A stretch of 64,000 nucleotides of DNA from an uncultured Actinomycetes bacterium (GCA_963841735.1 CAWJDT010000004.1:64001-128000), one strand, 5' to 3'. Positions 44,410 through 55,163 are shown, counted from the first letter of the stretch. Numbers and translations are program-made. The notes: generated by a model not told the origin, from the letters alone.

Positions 44410-46035
44410 ATGTTTACCACAAGGTCCGCTGAAGCCTATTCGGGCAGGCGGCCGCGTCAGGGGCCTGCCCTCTCTGTGGTGGTCGTTATGTTTGCCGTGT
44501 TGGTTGTCACTGTGTTGTCGGTGTTTGCGATGCCGGCCCAAGCTCTGGCCGCCGATATCGACTATGTGAAGCATACGGGGGTCAACCGGTACCATACGGC
44601 CGCTCTGGTTTCCCGAACTGGGTTTGCGCCGGGTGTTGAGGCGTTGGTCCTTGCCAACGGGGAGAGCTACCAGGGGGCGTTGTGTGCAACTCCGCTGGCG
44701 GCGGCCTACGGCGGCCCTGTGCTGCTTAGCGGCCCCCTTTCGCTCGACCCATACGCTCTAGCTGAGATCACCCGCCTCACCCCGAGCAAGATCTTCGTGG
44801 TGGATCTGGGCCGGAGTGTAGTGGACCAGTTGAAGGTCGCGTTTGCCGATTTGGCCGCGGCCGGGTCGATTGTTGTTATTGGGGGCGCCGATCAATACGA
44901 GATGGCCAAGCTGGTCTCGGAGCAGGTGGCGGCCAAGGTGGGCGCAGTAACCGGGGTGGTTTTGGTTCCGGGCGACAAGTTCCCCGATGCCATTGCCGTC
45001 GCCCCGCTGGCCGCTCAGAAGAGGTGGCCCATCCTGCTGACACCGGCCGCTGGTCCGCTGCCGGACGTGACGGCTCAGGCTTTCGCCGCGCTGGGTGCAA
45101 CGACGGTTCTCGAGGCCGGCAGTTACGTCGATCCGGCCATTCCCGGACAGACGCGCACGCGCCTGGTCGGTAGGGATCGCTACGAGACCGGTTCGATGAT
45201 CGCGGACTATGCCGCTTCTCAGGGACTGAGTTACGCGCACACGGCGTTTGTCACGGGCGACAAGTTTCCGGACGCGCTATCCGCTGGGCCGTATATGGCC
45301 CTGGATGGCGGCATCGCGCTTCTGGTGGAGTCTGCGAATGTTCCGGGGCCGACCGTCGCGCAGATCTTGGCGCACAAAGACGAGTTTGTCTCGGTGGAGT
45401 TCATGGGATTAGGAGCAGGTGTCGTCGACCAGGTCAGGCTTCTGAGTGGTGCGGGCGGTGTGCCGGACGACTTCTCTTTCGCCAGCTTGAAGTGGGGCTC
45501 GACGGGGGCTGAGGTCACTTGGCTGGAGCAGAAACTAAGCGACCTGTCCTATCGTCCAGGGCCCATCGATGGGGTGTTTAATGAGCGTACCTACCAGGCG
45601 GTCATTGCGTTCCAGAAGTGGGAGGGGTTGCCTAGAACGGGTACCGTTGGAAGCGACACCTGGCAGCGGCTGTTGATCGCCACCCGGCCGGCGCCGACCC
45701 GGAGGCTGACGGGCACCTGGGTCGAAGTGAACAAGGCCAAGCAGGTGTTTCTGTTCTGCCGCAACGGCTTGGTAGAGCGGACGTTGCCTACATCGACCGG
45801 CGCAGCCCAGTACTGGGTGACGCCTTCCGGAGCCTACTACATCCGAAGCGAGAACACCTGGGAGACGATGCGGTATAAGCCTCTGTACTTCAACAGGGGC
45901 TATGTGTGGGCGATTCACGGATATACCAGTGTCCCTGCGTATCCGGCGAGTCACGGTTGCGTGCGTATCACCATCTGGGACATGGACGAGCTTCATGCAC
46001 TTATCCCGGTGGGAACTAAGGTCTACATCTACTAG
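44410..46035 (+). CDS. Secreted L,D-transpeptidase with three CWB2 repeats and a PG_binding_1 domain
   Basis: Signal peptide (AQALA|A); CWB2 motifs GVNRYHTA, GADQYEMA, GRDRYETG, DAIAVAPLAA; PG-binding LKWGSTGAEV...DGVF...FQK; YkuD AIHG...SHGCVRI. Confidence 0.9.
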   Translation: MFTTRSAEAYSGRRPRQGPALSVVVVMFAVLVVTVLSVFAMPAQALAADIDYVKHTGVNRYHTAALVSRTGFAPGVEALVLANGESYQGALCATPLAAAYGGPVLLSGPLSLDPYALAEITRLTPSKIFVVDLGRSVVDQLKVAFADLAAAGSIVVIGGADQYEMAKLVSEQVAAKVGAVTGVVLVPGDKFPDAIAVAPLAAQKRWPILLTPAAGPLPDVTAQAFAALGATTVLEAGSYVDPAIPGQTRTRLVGRDRYETGSMIADYAASQGLSYAHTAFVTGDKFPDALSAGPYMALDGGIALLVESANVPGPTVAQILAHKDEFVSVEFMGLGAGVVDQVRLLSGAGGVPDDFSFASLKWGSTGAEVTWLEQKLSDLSYRPGPIDGVFNERTYQAVIAFQKWEGLPRTGTVGSDTWQRLLIATRPAPTRRLTGTWVEVNKAKQVFLFCRNGLVERTLPTSTGAAQYWVTPSGAYYIRSENTWETMRYKPLYFNRGYVWAIHGYTSVPAYPASHGCVRITIWDMDELHALIPVGTKVYIY

Positions 46036-46107
46036 TCTTGTGCCCTCTGTTGGTGAGGGGCCACAACCACTCTTGCGGGCTCTGTTACGGCTCGGGTCAG
46101 GTCACGC

Positions 46108-46243
46108 TGTGGTAACCTACATCACCGTCGCGGGCATGGTGCGCGTGACGGAGCGCTCACGTACGGGCGCTGGCATTTAAACCTGCACCTCGGCTAGGAC
46201 TGTAGGGTCTACGCTGGGAGCAAGGAGCCCTAGGAGGCTATGC
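46108..46243 (+). promoter_or_regulatory. rpsO promoter (TGgTAACCT) and structured S15 leader
   Basis: Extended -10 at 46110-46118; stem CCTGCACCTCGGC...GCTGGGAGCAAGG with inner GAC/GTC hairpin (46182-46225) just before the AGGAGG SD. Confidence 0.55.
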
Positions 46244-46510
46244 ATGCTTAGCAAGGAACGCAAGACTGAGATTATCGACCGATTCAAGAAGCACGAGGGC
46301 GACACGGGCTCGCCGGAAGTTCAGATAGGTATTCTCACCGAGCAGATTAACGTGCTCACTCAGCATCTCAAGACCCATTCGAAGGACCACCATTCACGGC
46401 GTGGTCTGTTGCAGATGGTGGGTCGCCGCCGCCGCCTTCTCAACTACCTGCAGAGAGAGGACGTTGAGAGGTATCGGACGGTTGTGAAGGATCTTGGTCT
46501 CCGCAGGTAG
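46244..46510 (+). CDS. rpsO: 30S ribosomal protein S15
   Basis: [34 protein letters not shown]. Confidence 0.99.
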   Translation: MLSKERKTEIIDRFKKHEGDTGSPEVQIGILTEQINVLTQHLKTHSKDHHSRRGLLQMVGRRRRLLNYLQREDVERYRTVVKDLGLRR

Positions 46511-46603
46511 GCTGGCGGGGATTGGCGGAAGGAAGTTGCGGGGAAGTAGAAGCGAGACGGATAGTGAGGACCCTCGAGAGGTCCTCAGACGGGAGAAAAG
46601 AAA

Positions 46604-48730
46604 GTGGCAGCAGAGGTAAGAACCACAGAAGTAGTACTTGGCGACAAGAAGATCACGTTCGAGACAGGCAGGTTGGCCAAACAGGCCAGCGGGGCCGTGG
46701 TTGTGCGTTTGGGAGACACAATGGTGTTGGTCACGGCGGTCGTGGCGAGCACTGAGAGGAACGTGGACTTCTTCCCCCTCACTGTTGACGTTGAGGCTGG
46801 GATGTACGCCGCGGGGAAGATCCCTGGCGGTTTCATCAAGAAAGAAGGCCGCGCGAGCGACCATTCCATACTGACCGCCAGGCTTATCGACAGACCTATC
46901 CGGCCGCTCTGGCCCAAGGGCTTCAACAAAGAGACGCATATCGTGGCCACCGTGCTTTCGGTGGACAAGACCAATCCTTACGACGTGTTGGCGTTGGCCG
47001 GTGCCTCAGCGGCACTTTCGCTTTCGGAGGCTCCTTTCGGAGGTCCGGTAGGCGCGGTGCGGGTGGCGAAGGTCGAGGATGCCTGGATCGTCAACCCCAC
47101 TTATGAGCAGATCGAAATGAGCGCGATCAACATGGTGGTGGCCGGCACGGCGGACGCTATCGGTATGGTCGAGGCGGGATGCGAAGAGGTAGACGAGGCT
47201 GAAGTCCTGGCCGGCCTCGAGGTGGCCCACGAGGCCATCAAGAAGCAGGTGGAGGTCATCCGCGTGTGGGCTGCGGAGATCGGCAAGCCCAAGATGGAGT
47301 TTGCCGCGAAGGTGCCCGATCAGGGGCTTATGGAGAAGATCAAAGCTCGCTTTGCCGGGTCTGTCGAGCAGGCGAGCAACGTGCTAGATAAGAAGCAACG
47401 CTCCGATGCTCTGGCCGCCTTGAAGCAAGAGGTCTTGGCAGCTTGGCCGCCGGCGGAGGGCAGCGAGGATGCCGTGGGCGAGACGGCTCGGTTGGCGAAG
47501 GCCTTTGACGCTGTTGAGAAAGAGACCGTCCGGCGAGTTATCGCCGTCGATAAGAAGCGTCCCGATGGTCGCGGAGTGGACGAGATCCGTCCAATCGACT
47601 GTGACGTCAAGATCGCACCGCGCACTCACGGCTCGGGTCTTTTCACGCGGGGTCAGACACAGGTGCTCACCCTTCTCACTTTGGGCGCGGCGCGTGACGA
47701 GCAGCGGGTCGATGGACTCGATGTCGAGGAATCCAAGCGGTTCATGCATCACTACAAGTTCCCGCCGTTCAGTGTGGGGGAGACCGGTTTCATGCGCGGC
47801 CCCGGCCGGCGCGAAATAGGTCACGGGGCTCTGGCCGAGCGGGCACTGATTCAGGTCATCCCCAACGAAGAGGCGTTCCCCTACACCATTCGCTTGGTCT
47901 CGGAGACCCTCGAGTCCAACGGATCGAGCTCTATGGCCAGCGTGTGCGCATCCACTCTTGCCCTGATGGACGCCGGCGTGCCGATCGCCCGTCCTGTGGC
48001 GGGCATTGCCATGGGACTGGTCAAAGAGGGTGACGACTACGTGGTGCTTACCGACATCGCCGGGGTGGAGGATCACCTAGGCGACATGGACTTCAAGGTG
48101 GCCGGCACCGAGCGTGGCATCACCGCGTTGCAGATGGACATCAAGATCACCGGTGTGACCTTTGGCATCATGAAGGACGCGCTTGAGCAGGCCCGTAAAG
48201 CTCGCCTGTTCCTGCTCGACAAGATCACCACGGCCATCAGCGCGCCGCGGACTGAGCTCTCTGAGTTCGCTCCGCGCATTGGTACCATCCGCATCGATCC
48301 GGACAAGATCGGCGCTGTCATCGGCAAGGGTGGCGAGACTATCCGGGGTATGGAAGCAGAGTTCGAGTGCACCATCGATGTGGCCGAGGACGGTCTTGTC
48401 AAGGTGTTCGCCAGCACCGGCAAGCTCGGGGACGCGTGCCTGGAGCGTATCGGTCTGTTGACTCGCGAAACTCAGGTGGGCGACATCGTGGAGGGCCGCG
48501 TGGCTTCTACGACTTCGTTCGGGGCCTTTGTGACTCTCAAGCCCGGCACAGACGGTCTCGTCCACATTTCTCGCCTAGCCGACTATCGGGTCGCGGCTGT
48601 CGAGGACGTCGTCAATCGTGGCGATCTCGTGCGAGTGGAGGTGCTGGAGGTGCAGATGCAGGGTGGCAAAGAGAAGATCAGCCTGCGCCTGCTCGAGAAC
48701 ATGTCTGCAAAGGAAGGCAGTGGCGACTGA
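46604..48730 (+). CDS. pnp: Polynucleotide phosphorylase
   Basis: FFPLTVD, RLIDRPIRP, FTRGQTQ, RREIGHG, ESNGSSSMAS, GDMDFKVAG, KH and S1 domains. Confidence 0.99.
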   Translation: MAAEVRTTEVVLGDKKITFETGRLAKQASGAVVVRLGDTMVLVTAVVASTERNVDFFPLTVDVEAGMYAAGKIPGGFIKKEGRASDHSILTARLIDRPIRPLWPKGFNKETHIVATVLSVDKTNPYDVLALAGASAALSLSEAPFGGPVGAVRVAKVEDAWIVNPTYEQIEMSAINMVVAGTADAIGMVEAGCEEVDEAEVLAGLEVAHEAIKKQVEVIRVWAAEIGKPKMEFAAKVPDQGLMEKIKARFAGSVEQASNVLDKKQRSDALAALKQEVLAAWPPAEGSEDAVGETARLAKAFDAVEKETVRRVIAVDKKRPDGRGVDEIRPIDCDVKIAPRTHGSGLFTRGQTQVLTLLTLGAARDEQRVDGLDVEESKRFMHHYKFPPFSVGETGFMRGPGRREIGHGALAERALIQVIPNEEAFPYTIRLVSETLESNGSSSMASVCASTLALMDAGVPIARPVAGIAMGLVKEGDDYVVLTDIAGVEDHLGDMDFKVAGTERGITALQMDIKITGVTFGIMKDALEQARKARLFLLDKITTAISAPRTELSEFAPRIGTIRIDPDKIGAVIGKGGETIRGMEAEFECTIDVAEDGLVKVFASTGKLGDACLERIGLLTRETQVGDIVEGRVASTTSFGAFVTLKPGTDGLVHISRLADYRVAAVEDVVNRGDLVRVEVLEVQMQGGKEKISLRLLENMSAKEGSGD

Positions 48731-49997
48731 CGGGTATCGCCTAGAACAACTACCCACCGGCCAGCGCCTGATAACAGAGAAGCTCGATCACGTAAGATCG
48801 GTGTGCATGGGCTTCTGGATTCCAGCGGGGTCGCGGGATGAGTCTGCGACCCTTGCTGGGGGCACGCACTTTATTGAGCATCTCCTGTTCAAGGGATCCT
48901 CGAAGTACTCGGCTGAAGAAATAGCGCAGATTTTCGACTCGCTTGGCGGCGAACTCAACGCGAGCACTTCGCGAGAGTACGTGGTTGTCTATGGTCGTTT
49001 CCTCGACGATCAGCTCCCGGTGGCCTTGGACGTGATGACGGATATGCTTCTCACGCCGGCTTTTACCGACTTGGACCGGGAGCGCGAGGTGGTACTGGAA
49101 GAGATCGCCATGGTGGAGGACTCTCCCCAGGACCTGATACACGATGTCTTGGCTGAGGTCGTCCTCGACGGGCATGCGCTGGCTCATCCCATCTTGGGGA
49201 CGAGGGAGACCATCGCCGCGGTGTCCGAGGAGGATATCCGCGCCTACCACAAGCAACGCTTTCAGTTTGGCGACATGGTGGTCGCAGCGGCCGGCCACAT
49301 CGATCACGACTTGTTGCAGGGTCTGCTGCTCCAGCTGCAGGATGCTCCTGACGGGGTCGACCCTCTTCGGACGGCGTCGGCACCGGAAGTGGCGCGGCGT
49401 CGCCATTTCTTGTCGAAAGAGACCGAGCAGATGCACGTATGCCTGGGTGGGATCGGCCTGGCCCGTGATGACGACCGACGCTTTCAGCTGTCAGTGCTAG
49501 ACAGCCTGTTCGGGGGATCGCTTAGCTCGCGCCTTTTCCAAGAGGTGCGGGAGAAACGCGGCCTGGTGTACAGCGTGTACTCGTTCTCGAGCCTATACCA
49601 GGAGACCGGGATGAGCGGCGTGTATTTCGGGTGTCGCCCAGAGCGCTTGGGCGCCGTCATGGAGACGGTGGGACGGGAGTTCGTGCGTCTCGTGGAGGAG
49701 CCGGTTCCGGCCGATGAACTCCAGCGAGCCAAGGAACACCTGAAGGGCCGCATGATCCTGGGCCTTGAGAGCACCTCGAGCCGGATGACTCGTTTGGGCA
49801 AAGGGGTGATCACGGGCACGGAGATCCTGTCGCTGGATGAGTTGGCCGCGAAGATCCAGGCGGTCACGAGCGAGGAGCTGCTCGCACTGGCTCAAGAGGT
49901 GTTTCGTCTGCCGGACTTGTCAGTGGTGGGCATTGGAGCCGACGAGACTGTATTCACGGACGCTGTTCCGGCTGACTGTTTGGCGGGCCTGGTCTAG
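48720..49997 (+). CDS. M16 family zinc peptidase
   Basis: HFIEH (HxxEH) motif, GGELNAST, SSRLFQEVREKRGLVY; GTG start overlaps the end of pnp. Confidence 0.95.
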   Translation: MATDGYRLEQLPTGQRLITEKLDHVRSVCMGFWIPAGSRDESATLAGGTHFIEHLLFKGSSKYSAEEIAQIFDSLGGELNASTSREYVVVYGRFLDDQLPVALDVMTDMLLTPAFTDLDREREVVLEEIAMVEDSPQDLIHDVLAEVVLDGHALAHPILGTRETIAAVSEEDIRAYHKQRFQFGDMVVAAAGHIDHDLLQGLLLQLQDAPDGVDPLRTASAPEVARRRHFLSKETEQMHVCLGGIGLARDDDRRFQLSVLDSLFGGSLSSRLFQEVREKRGLVYSVYSFSSLYQETGMSGVYFGCRPERLGAVMETVGREFVRLVEEPVPADELQRAKEHLKGRMILGLESTSSRMTRLGKGVITGTEILSLDELAAKIQAVTSEELLALAQEVFRLPDLSVVGIGADETVFTDAVPADCLAGLV

Positions 49998-50008
49998 GAG
50001 GGCTTTGT

Positions 50009-50779
50009 ATGGTGGGGACGAGTACTGGCGCTGACGGAGGCCTCCGAGTGGGAGTGTCTGGGGCCGCCGGTCGCATGGGGAGCGTGACCTGCAGGGCGGT
50101 GGCCGCAGATGAAGCACTGCGTCTCGCGGTGGCCATAGACCCGATGTACTCTCTCACGGGAGCGCCAGGGGTGGATGGTGAGGAGGCAGGGCCTCAATAT
50201 TTCACCGATGTTGCGTCGGCTCTAGAGGCGGTGGATATCCAGGTGTTAGTGGAATTCAGCATCCCCTCGGTGGTCAAGCAGAACGTGCTTGCGTCCGTGC
50301 GCCGCAAGGTGCCGGTAGTGGTGGGCACAACCGGGTTGGGGGTCGCAGACCTGGCCGAGATCGAACGAGAGACCGAACTGTACGGTGTGCCGGTGTTGGT
50401 GGCGCCAAACTTTGCAATGGGGGCGGTGCTGATGATGCAATTCGCGCGCAAGGCGGCCGAACAGTTGAATGCGTGCGAGATCGTCGAACTGCACCATCAA
50501 GACAAGCTGGACGCGCCCTCTGGGACCTCTCGTCTGACCCGTTTGCGGGTGGAGGAGGTTTGGCGAGAGCGTGGTCTGGACAATGAGGTTGCTATCCACA
50601 GCGTGCGTCTGCCTGGTTTGGTGGCTCACCAGGAAGTCATCTTCGGCGCACCGGGGGAGACGCTGACCATCCGGCATGACTCGCTGTCTAGAGATTCTTT
50701 TATGCCAGGGGTGGTCCTGGCGGTCAAGCGGGTACGGACGCTTCAAGGACTCGTCGTGGGTCTGGAGAACATCTTATAG
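50009..50779 (+). CDS. dapB: 4-hydroxy-tetrahydrodipicolinate reductase
   Basis: GAAGRMG, VVGTTG, APNFAMG, EIVELHHQDKLDAPSGT, IHSVRLPG. Confidence 0.97.
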   Translation: MVGTSTGADGGLRVGVSGAAGRMGSVTCRAVAADEALRLAVAIDPMYSLTGAPGVDGEEAGPQYFTDVASALEAVDIQVLVEFSIPSVVKQNVLASVRRKVPVVVGTTGLGVADLAEIERETELYGVPVLVAPNFAMGAVLMMQFARKAAEQLNACEIVELHHQDKLDAPSGTSRLTRLRVEEVWRERGLDNEVAIHSVRLPGLVAHQEVIFGAPGETLTIRHDSLSRDSFMPGVVLAVKRVRTLQGLVVGLENIL

Positions 50780-50865
50780 ATCCGACGGTATCTTGGTCAC
50801 ATCTGGAGGCGGGCCTCGGGTGCTCTTTAGTTGTTCCAGGCGTGCGGAGGTTCTGACCCCTACCT

Positions 50866-52527
50866 ATGACAGCTCATACACTGAGAGTGATACCCCTGGG
50901 GGGGCTAGGGGCCATCGGCAAGAATATGATGGTCCTGGAGTGCGACGGCTCGCTTATCGTAATCGACAGCGGGCTCATGTTTCCCGACGACGAGATGCTC
51001 GGCATCGATTTGGTGCTGCCCGACTTCTCCTATGTGGTCGAGAATCGTGATCGCGTCTTGGGCATACTCATCACGCATGGTCACGAAGACCACGTGGGCG
51101 CTTTGCCCTATCTGCTCAAGGAGATCGACGTTCCCGTCTACGGGACGAGGCTGACTCTCGCTCTGATCAACGCGAAGCTGGGGGAGCACGGACTACAGGG
51201 CAAGGCATCCCTGAACGAGATCAGTCCTGACAAGGAGCTTAAGCTCGGTCCGTTTCGGGTGGAGTTTCTCGAGGTGGCGCACAGCATCCCGGATGGTGTG
51301 GGGTTGGGCATCCATACGCCGGTGGGCACGGTGGTTCACACCGGCGACTTCAAGCTCGACCAGACTCCCATCGATTCGCGCCCCACGGCGATGCAGCGTT
51401 TCGCCGAGCTTGGGAGGAAGGGTGTTGTCCTGCTGATCTCGGATAGCACCGGGGCGGATACTCCCGGATTCACGCAACCAGAACGTAGCGTGGGCCGAAA
51501 CCTGGACAGCATCTTCGCCCTTGCGTCGGGCCGCATCATCGTGGCGTCGTTCGCGAGTCATATCCATAGGATCCAACAGGTCATGGATACAGCTGCCCGC
51601 CATGGGCGGTCTATGGCCATTATCGGCCGGAGCATGGTCAAGAACGTCAACATCGCCTCTAGCCTGGGCTATCTGCAGGTGCCGGATGGGCTCTTGATCA
51701 AGCCGCATGATCTGGCTCTGTTGCCCTCCGATCGAGTGGCGGTTCTTTCCACGGGCAGCCAGGGGGAGCCCCTTTCGGCGCTGGCCCGCATGGCCGCGCA
51801 CGACCATCCCAACGTTGAAATCAGGAAGGGCGACACGGTGATTATCTCCGCTCGCCCGGTGCCCGGGAACGAGACCAGCGTCAATCGAACTATAGACCGT
51901 CTCTTCGCCGCGGGGGCGCGGGTCATATACGAATCGTCGGAAGGGGTGCATGTCTCGGGGCATGCCGCTGCCGAGGAGCTCAAGGTGATGCTGAATCTGG
52001 TGCGGCCCAGGTTCTTCGTGCCAGTGCATGGAGAACACCGCCATCTGTACTTTCATGCGGAGTTGGCTCGAGCGACGGGAATCCCGGATGAGAACGTATT
52101 TCTCATGGAGAACGGGGATATCCTGGAACTCGATCGAGAAGGCGCGCGGATCGCTGGGAGGGTGCAGGCGGGCATGATACTGGTGGACGGCTTCGCAATG
52201 GGCGACTTCCGCGAGCTCGTGCTGCGTGACCGGCAGCATCTGGCCACCGACGGGTTGGTTATGGTGGTGGTTGTGCGCAGCGCCCAGGATGGAAAGATCA
52301 TGGGCGAGCCGGAACTCGTCTTCAGAGGTATTGCACACTGTGGTGACCTCGAGGAGCTGAGTGATACAGCTAGGGATCTTGTGGTGGGATTGCTTGAGAG
52401 CGATGAGATGCGGCAGGTCACCGATGTGGGTCTGGTCAAGAACCGCGTGCATGACGTCTTGCAGAAGTTCCTCCGCAAGGAGGCCGATAGGCGTCCCATG
52501 GTCTTGCCGGTCATCGTAGAAGTATGA
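50866..52527 (+). CDS. rnj: Ribonuclease J
   Basis: PLGGLGAIGKNM, THGHEDHVG, HTGDFK, TGSQGEP, HVSGHA, PVHGE. Confidence 0.98.
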   Translation: MTAHTLRVIPLGGLGAIGKNMMVLECDGSLIVIDSGLMFPDDEMLGIDLVLPDFSYVVENRDRVLGILITHGHEDHVGALPYLLKEIDVPVYGTRLTLALINAKLGEHGLQGKASLNEISPDKELKLGPFRVEFLEVAHSIPDGVGLGIHTPVGTVVHTGDFKLDQTPIDSRPTAMQRFAELGRKGVVLLISDSTGADTPGFTQPERSVGRNLDSIFALASGRIIVASFASHIHRIQQVMDTAARHGRSMAIIGRSMVKNVNIASSLGYLQVPDGLLIKPHDLALLPSDRVAVLSTGSQGEPLSALARMAAHDHPNVEIRKGDTVIISARPVPGNETSVNRTIDRLFAAGARVIYESSEGVHVSGHAAAEELKVMLNLVRPRFFVPVHGEHRHLYFHAELARATGIPDENVFLMENGDILELDREGARIAGRVQAGMILVDGFAMGDFRELVLRDRQHLATDGLVMVVVVRSAQDGKIMGEPELVFRGIAHCGDLEELSDTARDLVVGLLESDEMRQVTDVGLVKNRVHDVLQKFLRKEADRRPMVLPVIVEV

Positions 52528-55163
52528 CGCGGCGCGAGGGGGCCAGTGTGGCGGGACGGTCGCAGACAGCAAAATCACGGAAGACTGCACCGGCCAAGGC
52601 GGCTGGTGGCGGCCGGACACCCATCAAGTCGCCGCCCGCAGACCACAAGCGTGAGCTGTTCGCCCTAGCGTTGTTGGGGATAGCGATCTTCTTGATCGTG
52701 ATCCTGAGCATGGGGGACTCGGGGGGTATTGTTGGACGGGGGGTCAGGACAGGCTTGGTTGTGGCCTTTGGCAAACTGGCCTTTCTCGTTCCTGCCACAT
52801 TCCTGGCCCTGGGTGTGACCACCATAATGCAGCTTAAGTTCTGGAAGTCGTACCGGTTCGCTGGTGTGATGGTCTTGCTGTTTGGGCTATTCGTGCTCCT
52901 CGGGGCCGCGATGCCTCCTTTTGCGGAAAGGGCAGGCGAGCTGTTTGTGCGCGCCGAATTTGAGGGGCGGGCAGGAGGGGTGGGTGAGGCCCTCTACGCT
53001 ATGTTCCATCGTATGGTCGGCCTGGTCGGTGTCGCCATAATTGGCTGGATCGCTTTGCTGGCCGGTTTCAGTCTCTTGACCGGGATCACAGGCTACTGGG
53101 TTGGCAAGCGGACGAAGCAGGCGGCTGTCGCGGTGAAGACGTCGGCCGAGCGAACCGCGTTGGCAACGAGGCGGCGGGGCGAAGACACGAGCGCCGGATC
53201 GCCGGCGCCCCTTGATGAGTATCTTCCAAAAGGGTGGACGACCCGCTTGGGGCCGGTCGACCTGGTGGAAGCTTCGACGCCCGGCCGGGCGGTCACAAAG
53301 CGGGACGGTTCGGGCGCTGTCTCCGACGACGCTTTTGAGGATTGGGAGGAGGTCGATGCTGACGACGGGGTTCCGACCGTCTCCAACTCGGTGACGCTTC
53401 CCAAGACCAAGTCGGTGCTGGACGGTGCTCGAGCTTTCGCGGATATCTACGTCGCGCAGAGTCCAGAAGCGGCCGGGCAGGTCATTCCCTGCGGTGCTCC
53501 GGTGCCCGGCTACGGCTTGGGCGGAACGGGAATTCCTGGGCCGCAGGGGGCTAGGGGAGTAGCCCCGGGCGATGGAGGGCGCCTGGAGGATACGGAGGAG
53601 GCGGACGGCGATTCCGAGGATGTGATGGACACTGGCCAGGAATCGCTCCCTGGCTTGGCGAGGGAGCGCCGCCAGATTGAGCTGGCCGTCGACGAACCGG
53701 CTTATCTTATGCCCGACTCGGACGTGTTGCGAAAGAGCACGCCCGTGGCACAGGGGCGCACGATTGGGGACAGGGACCTCGGAGCGGTTTTGCTGCAGGC
53801 CCTTGGCCAGTTTGGGGTGGAAGCCCAAATCATAGGCATGGTCGTGGGGCCGCGGGTCACCAGATACGAACTTCATCTAGCTCCGGGAACAAAAGTGGCC
53901 AAAGTGTCGGGGTTGAAAGACGACTTGGCATACGCTCTGGCCACCACCGAGATCCGAATACTCGCCCCTATCCCAGGTAAGTCGGCCGTGGGTGTGGAGA
54001 TACCCAACCAGAGGCCCGACTTCGTGACTCTGGGCGACATCTACCGGGAGTTCCCAAAGTCGGCAGGCCCTCTGATGGTCTGGCTGGGCAAGGACATCTC
54101 CGGCAAGGCCGTGTACGCAGATTTGAGCAAACTGCCACATCTGTTGATTGCCGGCACCACCGGTTCGGGCAAGAGTGGTTGCGTGAACTGCCTTGTGTCG
54201 TCGGTGCTGCTGAGGAGTACACCTGAGCAGGTGCGCATGATCATGATCGATCCTAAGAAGGTCGAACTCTCTCACTATGACCGGATCCCGCACCTTCTTG
54301 TGCCGGTGGTGACCAATATGAAGGACGCAGCCGGCGTTCTACACAACGTGGTAAAGGAGATGGAAGACCGGTACGAACTCATGGAGTTGGATCACGCGCG
54401 GAGCCTTCCCGAAATGAACAAGACGCGGGCCCGTCGCGGCGAAAAACCGGTGCCCTACATCCTTGTGGTTATAGATGAGTTGGCCGACCTCATGATGTCA
54501 TCTCCGCAGGAAGTGGAGGACTACGTCATCCGCTTGGCTCAGAAATCTCGGGCAGTGGGTATACACCTGGTTGTTGCGACCCAGCGGCCTTCGGCAGACG
54601 TGATCACGGGCATGATCAAGGCCAACATACCCTCGCGCATCGCCTTCGCGGTTTCCAGCCAGACGGACTCCCGGGTGATTCTTGACGTCAACGGGGCAGA
54701 GGCGCTGCTGGGCATGGGAGACATGCTCTTCAAGCCGCTTGGGTCCAGTCACCTGCAGCGGGTGCAGGGCGCGTACATCACAGAGGAAGAGATCGCTGTT
54801 CTGGTAAACCACTGGCGCCATCAGGCCGAGCCGAAGTTCCGTGAGGAGCTGCTGCAGCGCCCGGTAGAGGTCAAGAAGAGCACAGAAGACATGTTTGATC
54901 CCGACTCCGATGAGTTGCTTGTTGACGCGGCCCGTCTGGTCGTAGAGACGGGTAGCGCTTCGGTCTCGATGCTGCAGCGCCGGCTGCGGGTGGGCTATAC
55001 GCGGGCCGGGCGGCTGATTGACATGCTCGAACGGCGGGGTATTGTGGGGCCGTGGGAGGGGAGTAAGCCTCGCCAGAGCCTCATCGAGCCTGACGAGTTT
55101 GAGAATGTATTGGCGGCCTTGCGGATTGGCGAAGAGCTTGGAGATGCGCCGAACAGTGACTGA
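52524..55163 (+). CDS. ftsK: DNA translocase FtsK/SpoIIIE
   Basis: 4-TM N-terminus, long linker, PHLLIAGTTGSGKS, IDELADLMM, ATQRPS, LLGMGDML, gamma domain LQRRLRVGYTRAGR. Confidence 0.98.
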   Translation: MTRREGASVAGRSQTAKSRKTAPAKAAGGGRTPIKSPPADHKRELFALALLGIAIFLIVILSMGDSGGIVGRGVRTGLVVAFGKLAFLVPATFLALGVTTIMQLKFWKSYRFAGVMVLLFGLFVLLGAAMPPFAERAGELFVRAEFEGRAGGVGEALYAMFHRMVGLVGVAIIGWIALLAGFSLLTGITGYWVGKRTKQAAVAVKTSAERTALATRRRGEDTSAGSPAPLDEYLPKGWTTRLGPVDLVEASTPGRAVTKRDGSGAVSDDAFEDWEEVDADDGVPTVSNSVTLPKTKSVLDGARAFADIYVAQSPEAAGQVIPCGAPVPGYGLGGTGIPGPQGARGVAPGDGGRLEDTEEADGDSEDVMDTGQESLPGLARERRQIELAVDEPAYLMPDSDVLRKSTPVAQGRTIGDRDLGAVLLQALGQFGVEAQIIGMVVGPRVTRYELHLAPGTKVAKVSGLKDDLAYALATTEIRILAPIPGKSAVGVEIPNQRPDFVTLGDIYREFPKSAGPLMVWLGKDISGKAVYADLSKLPHLLIAGTTGSGKSGCVNCLVSSVLLRSTPEQVRMIMIDPKKVELSHYDRIPHLLVPVVTNMKDAAGVLHNVVKEMEDRYELMELDHARSLPEMNKTRARRGEKPVPYILVVIDELADLMMSSPQEVEDYVIRLAQKSRAVGIHLVVATQRPSADVITGMIKANIPSRIAFAVSSQTDSRVILDVNGAEALLGMGDMLFKPLGSSHLQRVQGAYITEEEIAVLVNHWRHQAEPKFREELLQRPVEVKKSTEDMFDPDSDELLVDAARLVVETGSASVSMLQRRLRVGYTRAGRLIDMLERRGIVGPWEGSKPRQSLIEPDEFENVLAALRIGEELGDAPNSD

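Noticed and set aside
46112-46140. GTAAC-N17-GCAT upstream of rpsO as a target of the ECF sigma
   Set aside because: The -10 part does not match CGATGAC/TATTGAC, and GTAAC is better explained as part of the extended -10 TGgTAACCT
46565-46587. Hairpin TGAGGACC/GGTCCTCA between rpsO and pnp as a novel element
   Set aside because: rpsO-pnp intergenic stems (terminator or RNase III site) are ordinary; nothing further supports novelty
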